A stretch of DNA of 64,000 nucleotides from Verrucomicrobiia bacterium (GTDB lineage Bacteria; Verrucomicrobiota; Verrucomicrobiia; Chthoniobacterales; UBA6821). This document shows, one piece after another, positions 8,577 to 17,799 of this stretch. Within the stretch, counting starts at the first letter, position 1; the number at the start of each line of letters is the position of its first letter. A model generated the notes under the pieces. The model was not told the origin of the DNA, did not search any database, and saw nothing but the letters and a program-made list of their open reading frames with translations. The stretch spans positions 3,357-67,356 of the forward strand of contig JAPLTJ010000121.1 of assembly GCA_026398175.1 (NCBI GenBank), read 5' to 3'. The position numbers and the translations under genes were made by a program.

Positions 8577-8984
8577 ATGAAGATTTTTCTCGACGCCAAT
8601 ATTTTGTTTTCAGCTGCAAAATCAAATGGAGCGATTCGTTTTTTAATCATGAGCCTGCTTGATAAAGAGCATCAGCTTGTAATTAATCTGTTTGTTCAAG
8701 AGGAGGCCGAACGCAATTTAACTGCAAAAGCGCCAGAAGCATTAGAATATTTTTACGATTTGATATTGCGGCTTACGATTGTTCCTTTAACGAACTATCA
8801 GTTGCTGCCCAAAAAGGCTTCGTTTTTGCCACTCAAAGATCAGCCAGTACTTCAAGCTGCACTTCATGATCGTTGTGATGTCTTGCTAACTGGAGATCGA
8901 ACTCATTTTGGAAGATTATATGGTGAGAGAATCGAAAGTCTTGCTGTTTATTCTCCAGGTGCTTTAGCTGATTTAATTTTATAG
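8577..8984 (+). CDS. PIN-domain toxin (VapC-like)
   Basis: Has N-terminal FLDANIL with an acidic residue and C-terminal LLTGDRTHF. The size is typical of a PIN toxin. Confidence 0.75.
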   Translation: MKIFLDANILFSAAKSNGAIRFLIMSLLDKEHQLVINLFVQEEAERNLTAKAPEALEYFYDLILRLTIVPLTNYQLLPKKASFLPLKDQPVLQAALHDRCDVLLTGDRTHFGRLYGERIESLAVYSPGALADLIL

Positions 8985-8991
8985 CCTCTAC

Positions 8992-10545
8992 ATGACTACC
9001 AACTATCAATGCAACCTTCTCCCCGCGAAGACGGGGATGCGAATAGGCTTCCTCGTAGGATGCTTAATCATCCTCGTTACCCTTTTCCGCTTTTGGTACG
9101 CCACGCAGCTTGAGTTGATCGGCGATGAGGCATATTATTGGTATTGCTCGCGGCATCTCGATTGGAGTTTTTTTGATAAGGGACCCGGTGCGGCCGTTAC
9201 CATTTTTTTAGGAACGCATCTTTTTGGAGATACTGTTTTTGGAGTTCGCTTTTTTGCCGTGCTGCTTTCGGCTGCCACTGGCATAGGACTCTTTGTTCTT
9301 GCTCGCATGCTCTATTCGTCGCGTGCGGCTTTTTGGACCTTGATGATAGTGCTCTTCATGCCGCTCTATGCGGTGGGGAGCATTTTGATGACGATTGATC
9401 CGCTGAGTATCTTTTTTTGGACGATGGCGGCTATCTCATTTTGGAAATCCACAAAAAGTGACAAGATTTGGTTTTGGATTCTCACGGGAGCTTTTGTTGG
9501 TCTTGGAATGTTAGCCAAATATACAAACTTGGTTGAGTTGCTCTGCTTTGCTCTTTTTTGCCTTTGGAGCCCAGCCCAACGTCGTCAATTCAGGAGGCCT
9601 CATTTCTACGTGATGTTGGCTACCGTCCTCTGCTTTGCCTTTCCTATGATTATTTGGAATTGTGAACATCACGGCATTGGCATTATCCATCTTCTTCACC
9701 GAGGCGATCTGGATCACGCCTGGAGTGTTAAACCCGTTGAGATCCTCACCTTTCTTGGCGCACAAGCCGGGGTCATTTCACCATTCTTTTTTCTTGGAGT
9801 GATGCTTTCTGTTTTTTGGCCTCAATATGATGATCTTCATGCAGAGGCGACACGTTATTTGCGTTCTCTCTTTATTCCTCTTTTTGTTTTTTATTCCTGT
9901 CTCAGTTTGAATAAAGCGGCGGAGCCAAATTGGCCTGCTCCTTGTTATGTTGCAGGAATGATCTTGCTGGCTGGTAATTGGCAGGCACTTGTGCGTCGTT
10001 GGCCTTGGGCAAAAAAATGGGTTGTGACTGCTTTTGTCATTGCTGCCCTTGAGACTGTCCTGTTGCACAATACTTTTTGGTTGCATCTTCCTTTGCCTCA
10101 ATCTTGGAATCAGAGCAAAAATCCCATCGTTCAAAAAATAAGTGAGGCTTATCGCAACCTGGGAGTTGTTGATCCTCTTGATCGAACCAGGGGAGGGGCT
10201 TCCATTGCGCAACATGCTTTGGAGCTTTCTCAAAAATATAAAACCTCATTTTTTATTTCCGACAATTATCAAACAGCAAGCCTCTTGAGTTTTTATCTTC
10301 CTGCTCATCCTGATACCTACGAGGCCGATTGGGGGCGGATCAAAGATCAATTTTCCATCTGGCCTGGATACCATCAGCAATATGCTCCAGGAAGCAATGC
10401 TATCCTTGTGTACGAATGGAGATATCCGCCGAGAGAAATGTGGTATGATTTTTCTCGGATGCCACTCCTCGACGAATACTATTCAACAACAGGCACGCGG
10501 CCGCTTAAAAAATATTACTATTCTCTTTGTGAGGGGTTGCGGTGA
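8992..10545 (+). CDS. GT39/ArnT-family (GT-C) glycosyltransferase
   Basis: Polytopic membrane protein with the N-terminal loop motif GDEAYYWYCSRHLDWSFFDKGPG, typical of ArnT/PMT_2. Confidence 0.85.
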   Translation: MTTNYQCNLLPAKTGMRIGFLVGCLIILVTLFRFWYATQLELIGDEAYYWYCSRHLDWSFFDKGPGAAVTIFLGTHLFGDTVFGVRFFAVLLSAATGIGLFVLARMLYSSRAAFWTLMIVLFMPLYAVGSILMTIDPLSIFFWTMAAISFWKSTKSDKIWFWILTGAFVGLGMLAKYTNLVELLCFALFCLWSPAQRRQFRRPHFYVMLATVLCFAFPMIIWNCEHHGIGIIHLLHRGDLDHAWSVKPVEILTFLGAQAGVISPFFFLGVMLSVFWPQYDDLHAEATRYLRSLFIPLFVFYSCLSLNKAAEPNWPAPCYVAGMILLAGNWQALVRRWPWAKKWVVTAFVIAALETVLLHNTFWLHLPLPQSWNQSKNPIVQKISEAYRNLGVVDPLDRTRGGASIAQHALELSQKYKTSFFISDNYQTASLLSFYLPAHPDTYEADWGRIKDQFSIWPGYHQQYAPGSNAILVYEWRYPPREMWYDFSRMPLLDEYYSTTGTRPLKKYYYSLCEGLR

Positions 10546-10557
10546 CTTCCAGTAAAA

Positions 10558-11553
10558 TTAATTTTTGCTAAGCGAAGTTAAGGCATTCTGATAAATATTC
10601 CGAACAACTGTTCCCCAACTATTCGCAACGTAGTTATCAACACCCTCTTGGTCCCAGATCGCTGTGCTGAAGCCATTTTGAGAGGCAAAGCCAATCCAGG
10701 TATTCAGACCGGAATTTGGTAACGTGTTGGGATCTGTCGGATCAACGCCGGCGCTGATGCGTGCGGAAGTGAAACCATGTTGTTGAATAAGCCAAGTATT
10801 CCAAGATGTCATGAAACCTTCATTTTGAGAAAGTGGGCAGCCGTCCCAGTATGTCATCACATAGACGCGATCGATGGCGCACCAATTTTGGCTTGTAACA
10901 GCAGCAGCTAGGAATGATGTGTTGCAGGCGTGCCAAGGCCCACTAGCATCACATCCACCAAAGACACAGCAGCTGGTTGCTAGATCAGGAGCAAGATCTT
11001 TAAATTTTCCTGCCATAGTCCCAGCAAAAGAGGCAGGAGTTGTGTCATCCATTTCATAGTCGAAGTCGGCTCCGTCAGCTCCTGTTGTGCGGCAGAGGTC
11101 GACAAGGGCTTGGGCAAAAGAATCGACATTGTCTGAATTGAGAACATTCCAAGAATTTCCAAAAGTTGTTCCAGCTTGTCCTCCGATAGAGAGTTTAACG
11201 CTGCAGCCAGCAGCCTTGCACTGCTGAACAAAATTGGTGAGTGCTGCAACATCAGGAAAGGCGCCAGTTCCGGCTGGCTTGCCTGGTGTGTCGAGGGAGT
11301 AACCGTTGATCGTTGCAGCGCCGTTGACAACAGCGAGCTGTCCAACAAAAACATTAATCGTATTAACTCCTTTGGGAAGGGCGGCAATGTAGGGAGAGGT
11401 ATCTAAATTGGCGCTCCAATCTTCAACCCAGGTGCTATTTTCGTAGCCAAGACCATCTTGGAAAGCTTTCACTGAATTTTTATTCTGGGCATGATCTGTT
11501 GCAAATCCTAAAAGGGAAAGAGTAGCGAAAAGGAAGAATAGATTTTTTTTCAT
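10558..11553 (-). CDS. Secreted GH18-like glycosyl hydrolase (chitinase/endo-beta-N-acetylglucosaminidase family)
   Basis: Has the catalytic DxxDxDxE motif (DGADFDYE). Starting at MKKNLFFLFATLSLL gives a signal peptide. The longer track ORF (to 11907) would overlap the upstream gene. Confidence 0.75.
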   Translation of the reverse strand: MKKNLFFLFATLSLLGFATDHAQNKNSVKAFQDGLGYENSTWVEDWSANLDTSPYIAALPKGVNTINVFVGQLAVVNGAATINGYSLDTPGKPAGTGAFPDVAALTNFVQQCKAAGCSVKLSIGGQAGTTFGNSWNVLNSDNVDSFAQALVDLCRTTGADGADFDYEMDDTTPASFAGTMAGKFKDLAPDLATSCCVFGGCDASGPWHACNTSFLAAAVTSQNWCAIDRVYVMTYWDGCPLSQNEGFMTSWNTWLIQQHGFTSARISAGVDPTDPNTLPNSGLNTWIGFASQNGFSTAIWDQEGVDNYVANSWGTVVRNIYQNALTSLSKN

Positions 11554-11611
11554 TAATGAATAAAAGTAAAATTTTGAACAGTAGTCAAAGCAAGAATTTG
11601 TGGTTTGCAGT

Positions 11612-12799
11612 CTATATTGCCTCTGCAGCCGCATGGCCACTAGCCCAAGCCCACTGAAAGTTGTAACCGCCCAGCCAGCCGGTGACATCCACGACTTCAC
11701 CAATAAAATAAAGCCCTGGAATTTTTCGAGATTCCATTGTTTTAGAAGAGAGTTCGGAGGTGGAGATGCCACCTTGTGTGACTTCAGCCTTGGGATAACC
11801 TTCGGTATCAGCGAAACGAAGTGGCCACTGGTGCAGGAGCTGAAGAAAATTTGAAAATTCTTGATGGGTGCATTGGTGAGCAGATTTTGAAAAGTGATAC
11901 CGCTCACACCATCCTTCCGAAAAACGTCGAGGAAGATAATGGCTTAAAATGTTAGGTAGCAAAGCCTGGCTCTTTCCTTCTTGCTGTAGCTGTAAAGACG
12001 CTGTGGAGTCTGGCAGTAAATCGAAAACAAGCTCTTCACCTGGCTTCCAGGTTGATGAAATTTGAAGAATTGCAGGCCCGCTTACGCCACGATGGGTGAA
12101 TAAGAGAGCTTCCTCAAATTGAACATCGCGATAAGTGACGCGCACTGGTAGCGAGACTCCAGCTAGGTTGCTACAAAAATAACGATCTGCTGGTATAAAA
12201 GTCAGTGGGACAAGTGCTGGTCGTAGTGGTGTAACGGTGATGTCAAATTGTTTGGTGATGCGATAGCCAAAATCAGTAGCGCCTAGTTTTGCAAAGGAAC
12301 TCCCTCCAGTAGCGATGACCAGAGAGTCGGCGGTGAAAGGCCCTCGAGAAGTAATGAGATGGAATTTTTCTCCCTTGCTGATTTCTTGAACGAGACAGGA
12401 AGTCATGATTGTAACACCTGCATCATGACATTCGTGTAACAACATTTCGATGATTTCTCGAGAGCTTCCATCGCAAAATTGCTGTCCCAATTTTTTTTCA
12501 TGATAGGCGATTCCATGCTTTTCTACGAGGGCGATGAAATCCCAAGGAGAAAAGCGTGCTAGTGCTGGCTTGCAAAAATTGGGATTCTCAGAAAGGTAAT
12601 TTTCTGCGGCGGCATGGATGTTCGTGAAATTACAGCGACCACCACCCGAGATCCCTATTTTTTTTCCAACACGATCATTGTGTTCCAATAAAAGAACTCG
12701 ACTTCCTCGCTGAGCCGCTTGGAAAGAGCAAAAGAGGCCAGCTGCGCCTGCGCCGATCACGATGACGTTGTAATGTTGTTGAAATAAAGAAGCTTTCAT
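11612..12799 (-). CDS. HI0933/YhiN-family NAD(P)/FAD-dependent oxidoreductase
   Basis: Contains VIVIGAGAAGL and ISGGGRCNFTN, and ends with the characteristic YNFQWAWASG. Confidence 0.9.
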   Translation of the reverse strand: MKASLFQQHYNVIVIGAGAAGLFCSFQAAQRGSRVLLLEHNDRVGKKIGISGGGRCNFTNIHAAAENYLSENPNFCKPALARFSPWDFIALVEKHGIAYHEKKLGQQFCDGSSREIIEMLLHECHDAGVTIMTSCLVQEISKGEKFHLITSRGPFTADSLVIATGGSSFAKLGATDFGYRITKQFDITVTPLRPALVPLTFIPADRYFCSNLAGVSLPVRVTYRDVQFEEALLFTHRGVSGPAILQISSTWKPGEELVFDLLPDSTASLQLQQEGKSQALLPNILSHYLPRRFSEGWCERYHFSKSAHQCTHQEFSNFLQLLHQWPLRFADTEGYPKAEVTQGGISTSELSSKTMESRKIPGLYFIGEVVDVTGWLGGYNFQWAWASGHAAAEAI

Positions 12800-12868
12800 A
12801 AAAACGGATTTTTATCTTCTATGTTATAAACCGTGACGGCAAGCCATTCATGGGGTATGTTAGATTCT

Positions 12869-14440
12869 ATGGAAAAACGTACGTTCGAGGCGCTCGGCCT
12901 CTCCCCCGAGATGATGAAGGCTGTGGCTCAACTTGGCTTTGAGGAGGCCTCGCCTATTCAGACAGCAGCTATTCCGATTTTATTAACTGGTGCTGATGTT
13001 GTTGGGCAGTCTCAAACCGGTTCTGGAAAAACGGCAGCCTATGCCATTCCTGCTATTGAAAAAGTTGACCCTACGAGTAAAGCTGTTCAAGTCTTAGTCC
13101 TCTGCCCAACGCGTGAGCTAGCAACGCAGGTTGCCGATGAAGTTTATAAACTGACAGCTTTTAAGCGCAACATTCATTGTGTTCCGATTTATGGCGGTGC
13201 TTCTTATGAACGTCAGCTTTTTGAATTAAAAAAAGGAGTTCAAATTGTCATTGGGACGCCAGGTCGCGTCATGGATCATTTGGAGCGTGGCACGTTGAAA
13301 CTGGATCAAGTTAAGGTTGTTGTTTTGGATGAAGCGGATCGCATGCTCGATATGGGCTTTCGTGATGATATTCAAATCATCCTTGAAAAGACACCTGAAG
13401 ACAGGCAGACAGTTTTCTTTTCAGCAACGCTTTCCAAGCCGATCCGCGATTTGATTAATCGTTTTTCACATGAGCCGCAGACGGTCAAGATCGAGCAGAA
13501 GGAGTTGACCGTTCCAACGGTGGAGCAATGGTTTTATGAAGTTCCTGGGCGCATGAAGACAGAAGCGTTTATTCGACTGATCGATTTTCATGGATACAAA
13601 CTTGGGATTATTTTTTGTAATACGCAACGCATGGTCGATGAACTGGCTGATGCACTCTTGGCGCAGGGATTCTCGACGGATCGCTTGCATGGCGGGATTC
13701 CGCAAGCTCAGCGGACTCGGGTGATGAACAAGTTTAAAAATTCTGAATTTGAGTTTCTTGTGGCAACCGATGTCGCAGGACGAGGGATTGATGTTGAATC
13801 CTTAGAGCTCGTGGTCAATTATGATCTCCCATACGATCCAGAAGATTATGTGCATCGCATTGGACGCACGGGACGAGCTGGAAAAAAAGGAGTGGCGATG
13901 ACGTTTGTCACGGGGCGTGATATTTATAAACTTCAATTTATTGAACGCTACACCAAAACAAAAATTCGTCGTGGAATACTTCCGACTGTCGGAGAGGTTG
14001 AAGGAAAACGTGCGGAACAACTTTACGGAAAACTTCAGAAACAACTTCAACAAAACTCGTTCAAAAAGCATGAGATCATCATGGATCGTTTGTTGGAAGA
14101 GGGATATTCTTCGACTGATATTGGATCAGCACTTTTTTCGATGCTGTTAGGAAATGCTCCTGAAGCAGCTAAAAAAGAGGCTGTAGAGCCTTCTCGCGAG
14201 CGCGAGTCGCAAGATTTTTCTTTTGCGCAAGCTAAGGGAGGTCGAGGTGGGCAGCGTGATGATCGCCGTGAGGCTCCTCGTGGAGGCCAAGGTTTTAAAA
14301 GCGGTCCTCCTCGTGGCGATCGAGGAGAACAACGAAGTGGCCCGCCAAGGCGCAATAGTGACTACCGAGCTGACGCACCTAGGAGTGGTTCCTTTAAAAA
14401 AGGGCCTGTGCGCAAATATTCGAAGGCTCCTAGGGACTGA
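12869..14440 (+). CDS. DEAD-box ATP-dependent RNA helicase with an RG-rich C-terminal tail
   Basis: Has the Q motif, GSGKT, DEAD, SAT and HRIGRTGRAG. The start could instead be GTG 12833 or ATG 12857. Confidence 0.9.
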   Translation: MEKRTFEALGLSPEMMKAVAQLGFEEASPIQTAAIPILLTGADVVGQSQTGSGKTAAYAIPAIEKVDPTSKAVQVLVLCPTRELATQVADEVYKLTAFKRNIHCVPIYGGASYERQLFELKKGVQIVIGTPGRVMDHLERGTLKLDQVKVVVLDEADRMLDMGFRDDIQIILEKTPEDRQTVFFSATLSKPIRDLINRFSHEPQTVKIEQKELTVPTVEQWFYEVPGRMKTEAFIRLIDFHGYKLGIIFCNTQRMVDELADALLAQGFSTDRLHGGIPQAQRTRVMNKFKNSEFEFLVATDVAGRGIDVESLELVVNYDLPYDPEDYVHRIGRTGRAGKKGVAMTFVTGRDIYKLQFIERYTKTKIRRGILPTVGEVEGKRAEQLYGKLQKQLQQNSFKKHEIIMDRLLEEGYSSTDIGSALFSMLLGNAPEAAKKEAVEPSRERESQDFSFAQAKGGRGGQRDDRREAPRGGQGFKSGPPRGDRGEQRSGPPRRNSDYRADAPRSGSFKKGPVRKYSKAPRD

Positions 14441-14443
14441 GTG

Positions 14444-14510
14444 ATTCGCAGGGATGGAAGTAGATAAGAAAAAGAATTTACAGGGATGGAAGCGATGGAA
14501 GGGATACTGG
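14444..14510 (+). repeat. Purine-rich arm(s) after the helicase stop (two sub-copies)
   Basis: ATTCGCAGGGATGGAAGTAGATAAG and ATTTACAGGGATGGAAGCGATGGAAGGGATACTGG. Confidence 0.8.
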
Positions 14511-14605
14511 AAAATACTTTTTCTAAGTTCTGCCTTTTTAAATTAGCTTTCAATAAATTCTGGTGACACTTTTCAAAAAGGAGTTTCAAATTTATTAAAT
14601 TTATT

Positions 14606-14637
14606 CAATCCCTTCCATCGCTTCTATCCCTGTGAAT
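14606..14637 (+). repeat. Complementary pyrimidine-rich arm covering the esterase GTG start
   Basis: CAATCCCTTCCATCGCTTCTATCCCTGTGAAT pairs with 14478-14507 (26 WC + 2 G.U of 30, hand count). Confidence 0.8.
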
Positions 14638-16377
14638 TTCTTCTCGCTTCTGTCTTCTGTTGTTGTTGCCAGCTTCTTGCTAGCGACAGCACACGCCGAC
14701 GTGACAATGCCAGCGATCTTTGGAGATCATATGGTGATGCAACAAGGAACGTCATTGCCGATTTGGGGTGAGGCTGATCCAGGCGAGCGAGTAACAGTGA
14801 AATTTGTGGGACAACAAGCAATGACCACGGCAAGAAAAGATCGGCAATGGCGCGTGAACTTGCAAACGGTTTATCTGAGGAGTTCTCCAGATGTCTTGAT
14901 GGTTGATGGAAAAAATCATCTCGAATTTTCGGATGTGATCATGGGAGATGTCTGGCTCTGCTCCGGGCAATCTAATATGGCGTTTCCTTTGCGAGAAGCC
15001 GATGGAGGAGAGACGGCGATTATTCATGCTGAAGATGGCCAGTTGCGTTTTTTTGTTGTTCCTGAAAAGCAAGCTTTTCAACCTCAACATCAAATGGAAG
15101 GAAGTTGGGAGCGCTGCTCGCCAGAGGCTGCGGCAGGATTTTCTGCGATTGGTTATTTTTTTGGACGCGATCTTCGAATGGCAACTGGCATGCCCGTTGG
15201 ATTAATTGGAAGTTATTGCGGAGGCAGCTCAGCGCAAGCGTGGATGAGTCTTCCTGCGCTTCAGCAGTCACCTTCTTTCAGTCATTATCTTGCAGAATAT
15301 TATCAGGGCGCCCGTGATTTTTCAAAAAATCAGGACACTTATTCTCAGCGAAAAATGGATTATGAGCAAGAGCTAGCTGCCTGGGAAGAGCAGGTAGGAA
15401 CGCCCTATCAAGAAGAACTGGCAACTTGGAAACTCAAATGCAAAGAGGCTTGTTCAAAACTTTGGGCGCAGCCATTAAAACCAGATCCACTTTCGCAAAA
15501 ACCAACACCTCCTTTGCCGCCAGACGGAGGTGTTACGGCGCCAACACTGCTTTTCAATGCTATGATTGCCCCGTTGATTCCGTATGCCATGACCGGTGTG
15601 ATTTGGTATCAGGGAGAGTCTAATGAGAATAGGAAATCTCAGCATTCTTGGATGGCTCAATTTGAGAATAATAGTGTTGACAGCACCGTTTTTTCAGTTT
15701 TTGAATACCGACGTCTTTTTCAACGGTTGATTCGTTCATGGCGTGTAGCTTGGGGAGAGGGACCATTCCCTTTTTATTTTGTGAGTTTAGCTGGATTCCG
15801 TAAGTCAACGTTCGATCCTGTCGAAATGTTGATGGATGATGAAGGGGGCTTGAATCCTTGTTGGGCTTGGTTGCGCGAGGGTCAAGCCGTCGCGCTCTCA
15901 CTGCCTGAGACAGGGATGGCAGTGGCTACTGATATTGGCAATCCTAACGATATTCATCCCAAGGATAAACTTGATGTGGGACGGCGGTTGGCATTGCTCG
16001 CGCGGAAAAATCTTTACGGTCAACAAGTCGTAGCGAGTGGTCCGACTTATTGTTCGATGAAACAAGAAGAGAAAAAAATTCGTCTGACATTTAACGATGT
16101 TGGCAAAGGCCTGACTGTTGCAGCTCCGCCGTGGCGGTATGATGGGACGATCGTGATGCCGCTTTCCCTTCAAGGTTTTGCCATTGCAGGAGACGATCGT
16201 CATTGGTACGACGCTGTTGCTCTCATTGAAGGAAGTGATATCATCGTCTCCAGCGAGTTTGTTTTAAAACCAACAGCGGTTCGTTACAATTGGAAAGATA
16301 ATCCCACGGGCAACCTCTACAACAAAGAGGGATTGCCTGCGGCGTCATTTAGAACGGATTTGGATCAACCGAAGTAA
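14632..16377 (+). CDS. Sialate O-acetylesterase (SASA/SGNH-like) family protein, secreted
   Basis: The GTG start gives the signal peptide MNFFSLLSSVVVASFLLATAHA. GDVWLCSGQSNM is the esterase nucleophile motif. Confidence 0.8.
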   Translation: MNFFSLLSSVVVASFLLATAHADVTMPAIFGDHMVMQQGTSLPIWGEADPGERVTVKFVGQQAMTTARKDRQWRVNLQTVYLRSSPDVLMVDGKNHLEFSDVIMGDVWLCSGQSNMAFPLREADGGETAIIHAEDGQLRFFVVPEKQAFQPQHQMEGSWERCSPEAAAGFSAIGYFFGRDLRMATGMPVGLIGSYCGGSSAQAWMSLPALQQSPSFSHYLAEYYQGARDFSKNQDTYSQRKMDYEQELAAWEEQVGTPYQEELATWKLKCKEACSKLWAQPLKPDPLSQKPTPPLPPDGGVTAPTLLFNAMIAPLIPYAMTGVIWYQGESNENRKSQHSWMAQFENNSVDSTVFSVFEYRRLFQRLIRSWRVAWGEGPFPFYFVSLAGFRKSTFDPVEMLMDDEGGLNPCWAWLREGQAVALSLPETGMAVATDIGNPNDIHPKDKLDVGRRLALLARKNLYGQQVVASGPTYCSMKQEEKKIRLTFNDVGKGLTVAAPPWRYDGTIVMPLSLQGFAIAGDDRHWYDAVALIEGSDIIVSSEFVLKPTAVRYNWKDNPTGNLYNKEGLPAASFRTDLDQPK

Positions 16378-16406
16378 TACCACTTCTGTTAAATAATGAG
16401 ACTATA

Positions 16407-16435
16407 GGACTCAGGAGTTTTGATCTCCTGACTCC
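16407..16435 (+). terminator. Hairpin after the esterase gene
   Basis: GGACTCAGGAG-TTTTGAT-CTCCTGACTCC forms an 11-bp stem with one mismatch. Confidence 0.45.
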
Positions 16436-16436
16436 G

Positions 16437-17717
16437 TTGATTATCAACTTTGCACTCAATATGGCTTTACTGATGATACTTCCTTTTGTTGTGCTGTTAC
16501 TCGCGATTGCCTTCATGCCATTCGTTTATCCAGCTTGGTGGGAGGCTCACTTTCGAAAAGTTGCTAGTTTTGTAGGAGGGATCATCATTTTTTATTATCT
16601 GCTAGTTCTTCATGATAGTTCTCGATTATTCGTTCTTTTTCATGAGTACCTGAGTTTCATTATTCTCATTGGTTCATTTTTTGTTGTTGCTGGTGGCATT
16701 TATCTGCGTGTTCAAGGTGAGTCGACTCCTCTGGGTAATACACTTTTTTTATTGGGTGGAGCCTTGCTTGCCAGTTTGATCGGAACAACAGGAGCCTCCA
16801 TGTTGCTCATTCGTCCATGGATTCATAGTAATCGTTATCGTATTACGGCATTTCATCTCGTTTTTTTTATTTTTATGATCAGCAATATTGGAGGAGGGCT
16901 CACTCCGATTGGAGATCCTCCTCTGTTTCTCGGTTATCTTCGAGGCATTCCTTTTTTTTGGGTGATCAAGCATCTTTGCTCTCCGTGGCTAGTGGCCATG
17001 GCTCTGCTTTCAATCATTTTTTATTTTTTGGATAGAAGAAATTTTCTAAGAGCCCCAATTCTTGTCAGAGAAGAAAAAACAGCAGAAGAGGTTTGGACTT
17101 TTCGGGGGATTGGGAACCTGGGATTTCTTGTCTGTATTGTTATGGCCGTTTTTTTTCCAAGTCCTTGGAGAGAGTCAGTCATGATTCTTCTAGCCTTGAG
17201 TTCTTACTTTTTGACGCCCAAAAAAATCTTCGAATCTAACAAGTTTAATTTTTATCCGATTGAGGAAGTAGCGTGGCTCTTTTTTGGAATTTTTGCAACA
17301 ATGGCCCCTGTGCTTGATTATCTGGATCAACAGAAAGAGATAATTGCTTCTTGCATACGGCTACAACCAATTCATTTTTATTATCTCACGGGTCTGGTTT
17401 CAGCAATGCTCGATAATGCACCAACCTATCTTACGTTTCTTCAACTCCATCTTAGCCTTAATGGGGGAAGTATTAATTCCATGAGCGATGTTGCTTTTTC
17501 TGCGGCTCATCATCCTTCGCCTATCATAGCAATCTCGTTAGGAGCTGTTTTTTTTGGTGGGATGACCTATATTGGTAATGGTCCTAATTTTATGATCAAG
17601 AGTATTGCGGAAGAGACAGGGATTAAGATGCCTCATTTTTTCAAGTATATTTTTTACTACTCGCTTCCCATCTTGTTGCCAATCCTTCTGCTCATTGGAT
17701 GGCTTTATTGTTCTTAA
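16437..17717 (+). CDS. ArsB/NhaD-superfamily (CitMHS-like) ion transporter
   Basis: Protein with about 12 TM segments and a GG..TPIGDPP motif. The start could instead be ATG 16461. Confidence 0.6.
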   Translation: MIINFALNMALLMILPFVVLLLAIAFMPFVYPAWWEAHFRKVASFVGGIIIFYYLLVLHDSSRLFVLFHEYLSFIILIGSFFVVAGGIYLRVQGESTPLGNTLFLLGGALLASLIGTTGASMLLIRPWIHSNRYRITAFHLVFFIFMISNIGGGLTPIGDPPLFLGYLRGIPFFWVIKHLCSPWLVAMALLSIIFYFLDRRNFLRAPILVREEKTAEEVWTFRGIGNLGFLVCIVMAVFFPSPWRESVMILLALSSYFLTPKKIFESNKFNFYPIEEVAWLFFGIFATMAPVLDYLDQQKEIIASCIRLQPIHFYYLTGLVSAMLDNAPTYLTFLQLHLSLNGGSINSMSDVAFSAAHHPSPIIAISLGAVFFGGMTYIGNGPNFMIKSIAEETGIKMPHFFKYIFYYSLPILLPILLLIGWLYCS

Positions 17718-17764
17718 GAAGTGGCCCCACTTCCCACATTAAGATTTAGAAACAGATTGGCATT

Positions 17765-17785
17765 CTTACAGCCTACAGCCTATAG
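17765..17785 (+). repeat. Heptamer arm, 14 nt upstream of ffh
   Basis: CTTACAGCCTACAGCCTATAG. Confidence 0.55.
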
Positions 17786-17799
17786 TTTATAACCTTATT

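Noticed and set aside
10558-11907. Long N-terminal extensions of track ORFs (10558..11907, 24747.., 27915.., 42451..43644, 43740..45512, 48991.., 51076..52149, 52103..53440, 53284..53595, 53726.., 58412.., 58765..)
   Set aside because: The extensions overlap neighbouring genes or translate repeat or arm DNA. In each case an internal Met gives a canonical N-terminus (signal peptide, Rossmann motif or ribosomal-protein start).
14047-14355. Antisense or overlapping ORFs with biased composition (14047..14355 R/P-rich, 44194..44529 A/G-rich, 9778..10233, 39397..39858 and others)
   Set aside because: They lie opposite or inside well-supported genes. Their composition mirrors the sense-strand low-complexity regions, and none has a recognisable domain.
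17718-17733. GAAGTGG-CC-CCACTTC hairpin after the transporter gene, considered as an intrinsic terminator
   Set aside because: The stem is only 6-7 bp with a minimal loop and no following U-tract. That is too weak to call.
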